A stretch of 64,000 nucleotides of DNA from the human T2T-CHM13v2.0 reference genome, Homo sapiens, in the NCBI RefSeq assembly GCF_009914755.1, contig NC_060925.1; one strand, written 5' to 3'. Position 1 is the first letter of the stretch. Each line of letters starts with the position of its first letter. The translations under genes were made by a program, and so were the position numbers. The notes beneath the pieces were generated by a model that made no database searches, was not told the origin of the DNA, and worked only from the letters and a program-made list of their open reading frames with translations. Of this stretch, positions 63,361 to 64,000 are shown one piece after another.

Positions 63361-64000
63361 ATGAGGACATCAATGTTTGTAATTATTGGGTATCTTAAAG
63401 TTAGTTGATAGAAATAATTTGGAGAGACATTGCCAAAAATATAATTAAGGAAATTGTGAAATTTGAGCTTTATATAAATAAAAGTGGCATTTTTGAGCTG
63501 TGAGTAAGTATATATTCAAAAACTAATCTAGGGAATATTCTTATATTGCATAATAAATGAGTTGTATGTAAACTCTATTTTTACCAATGAAGTATTCCAA
63601 ATACTAAAGAGGAGGCTATAGTTATAAGAGAAAATTGCAGTTAGTACTTTTTTGATAATAAACATATACTCTTTCATCAATGTATTTTTTAATTTAATAA
63701 TATTAAAATATTTTATGAATAAAATAGTCAACCACAAGTTGTATTACTGTTAACCAGGTAACAGACTCCTGTTGAATGATTATAGAAGTCAATGCAGTAG
63801 AAAAAATAATAGAATCCTCCTACTGTTGCACATTCAAAATGAGCAACCCTAAGAGTAAAAAGAACACAAATATTTGCCTCTAATTCTTTGAGAGGGAGGT
63901 CAGGAAGGAAGAAAAAAGTATAGGAGGTGGATAAGAAGAAGAGCAAGAAGAGCAAGGTCTATGAATTGAGAGGAATGCAAAGGTGTCCCTTGAATTACTA

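Overview
Eukaryotic, AT-rich primate DNA, almost certainly human. The whole window lies inside COL11A1 (collagen alpha-1(XI)) on the minus strand. I read 22 consecutive coding exons, all with AG/GT boundaries. They fit exons 42-63 (c.3169-4858) in NM_001854-style numbering, which I recalled and checked against exon sizes. Exons 42-62 are phase-0 Gly-X-Y exons of 36, 54 or 108 bp with no Gly substitution. Exon 63 (250 bp) ends the triple helix and starts the C-propeptide. The haplotype encodes Leu1323 and Pro1535. Introns hold Alu, L1, MaLR LTR, L2, MIR and hAT DNA transposons; subfamily calls are by eye. The best candidate for an unusual system is a full-length L1PA2-like element in intron 46. 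Its ORF1 and ORF2 are dead but its 5'UTR is intact, its antisense promoter points back across the upstream COL11A1 exons, and one base change both truncates ORF0 and makes ORF0's second splice donor a perfect CAG|GTGAGT. Other notable items: a twin-primed L1 with a probable 3' transduction inside an Alu, an inverted AluY pair around exon 47, a UG-repeat-led candidate poison exon, and a CpG spanning the exon 50 donor. Functional claims are inferences that need RNA or alignment data. No CRISPR array, rRNA, tRNA or prokaryotic system was seen.
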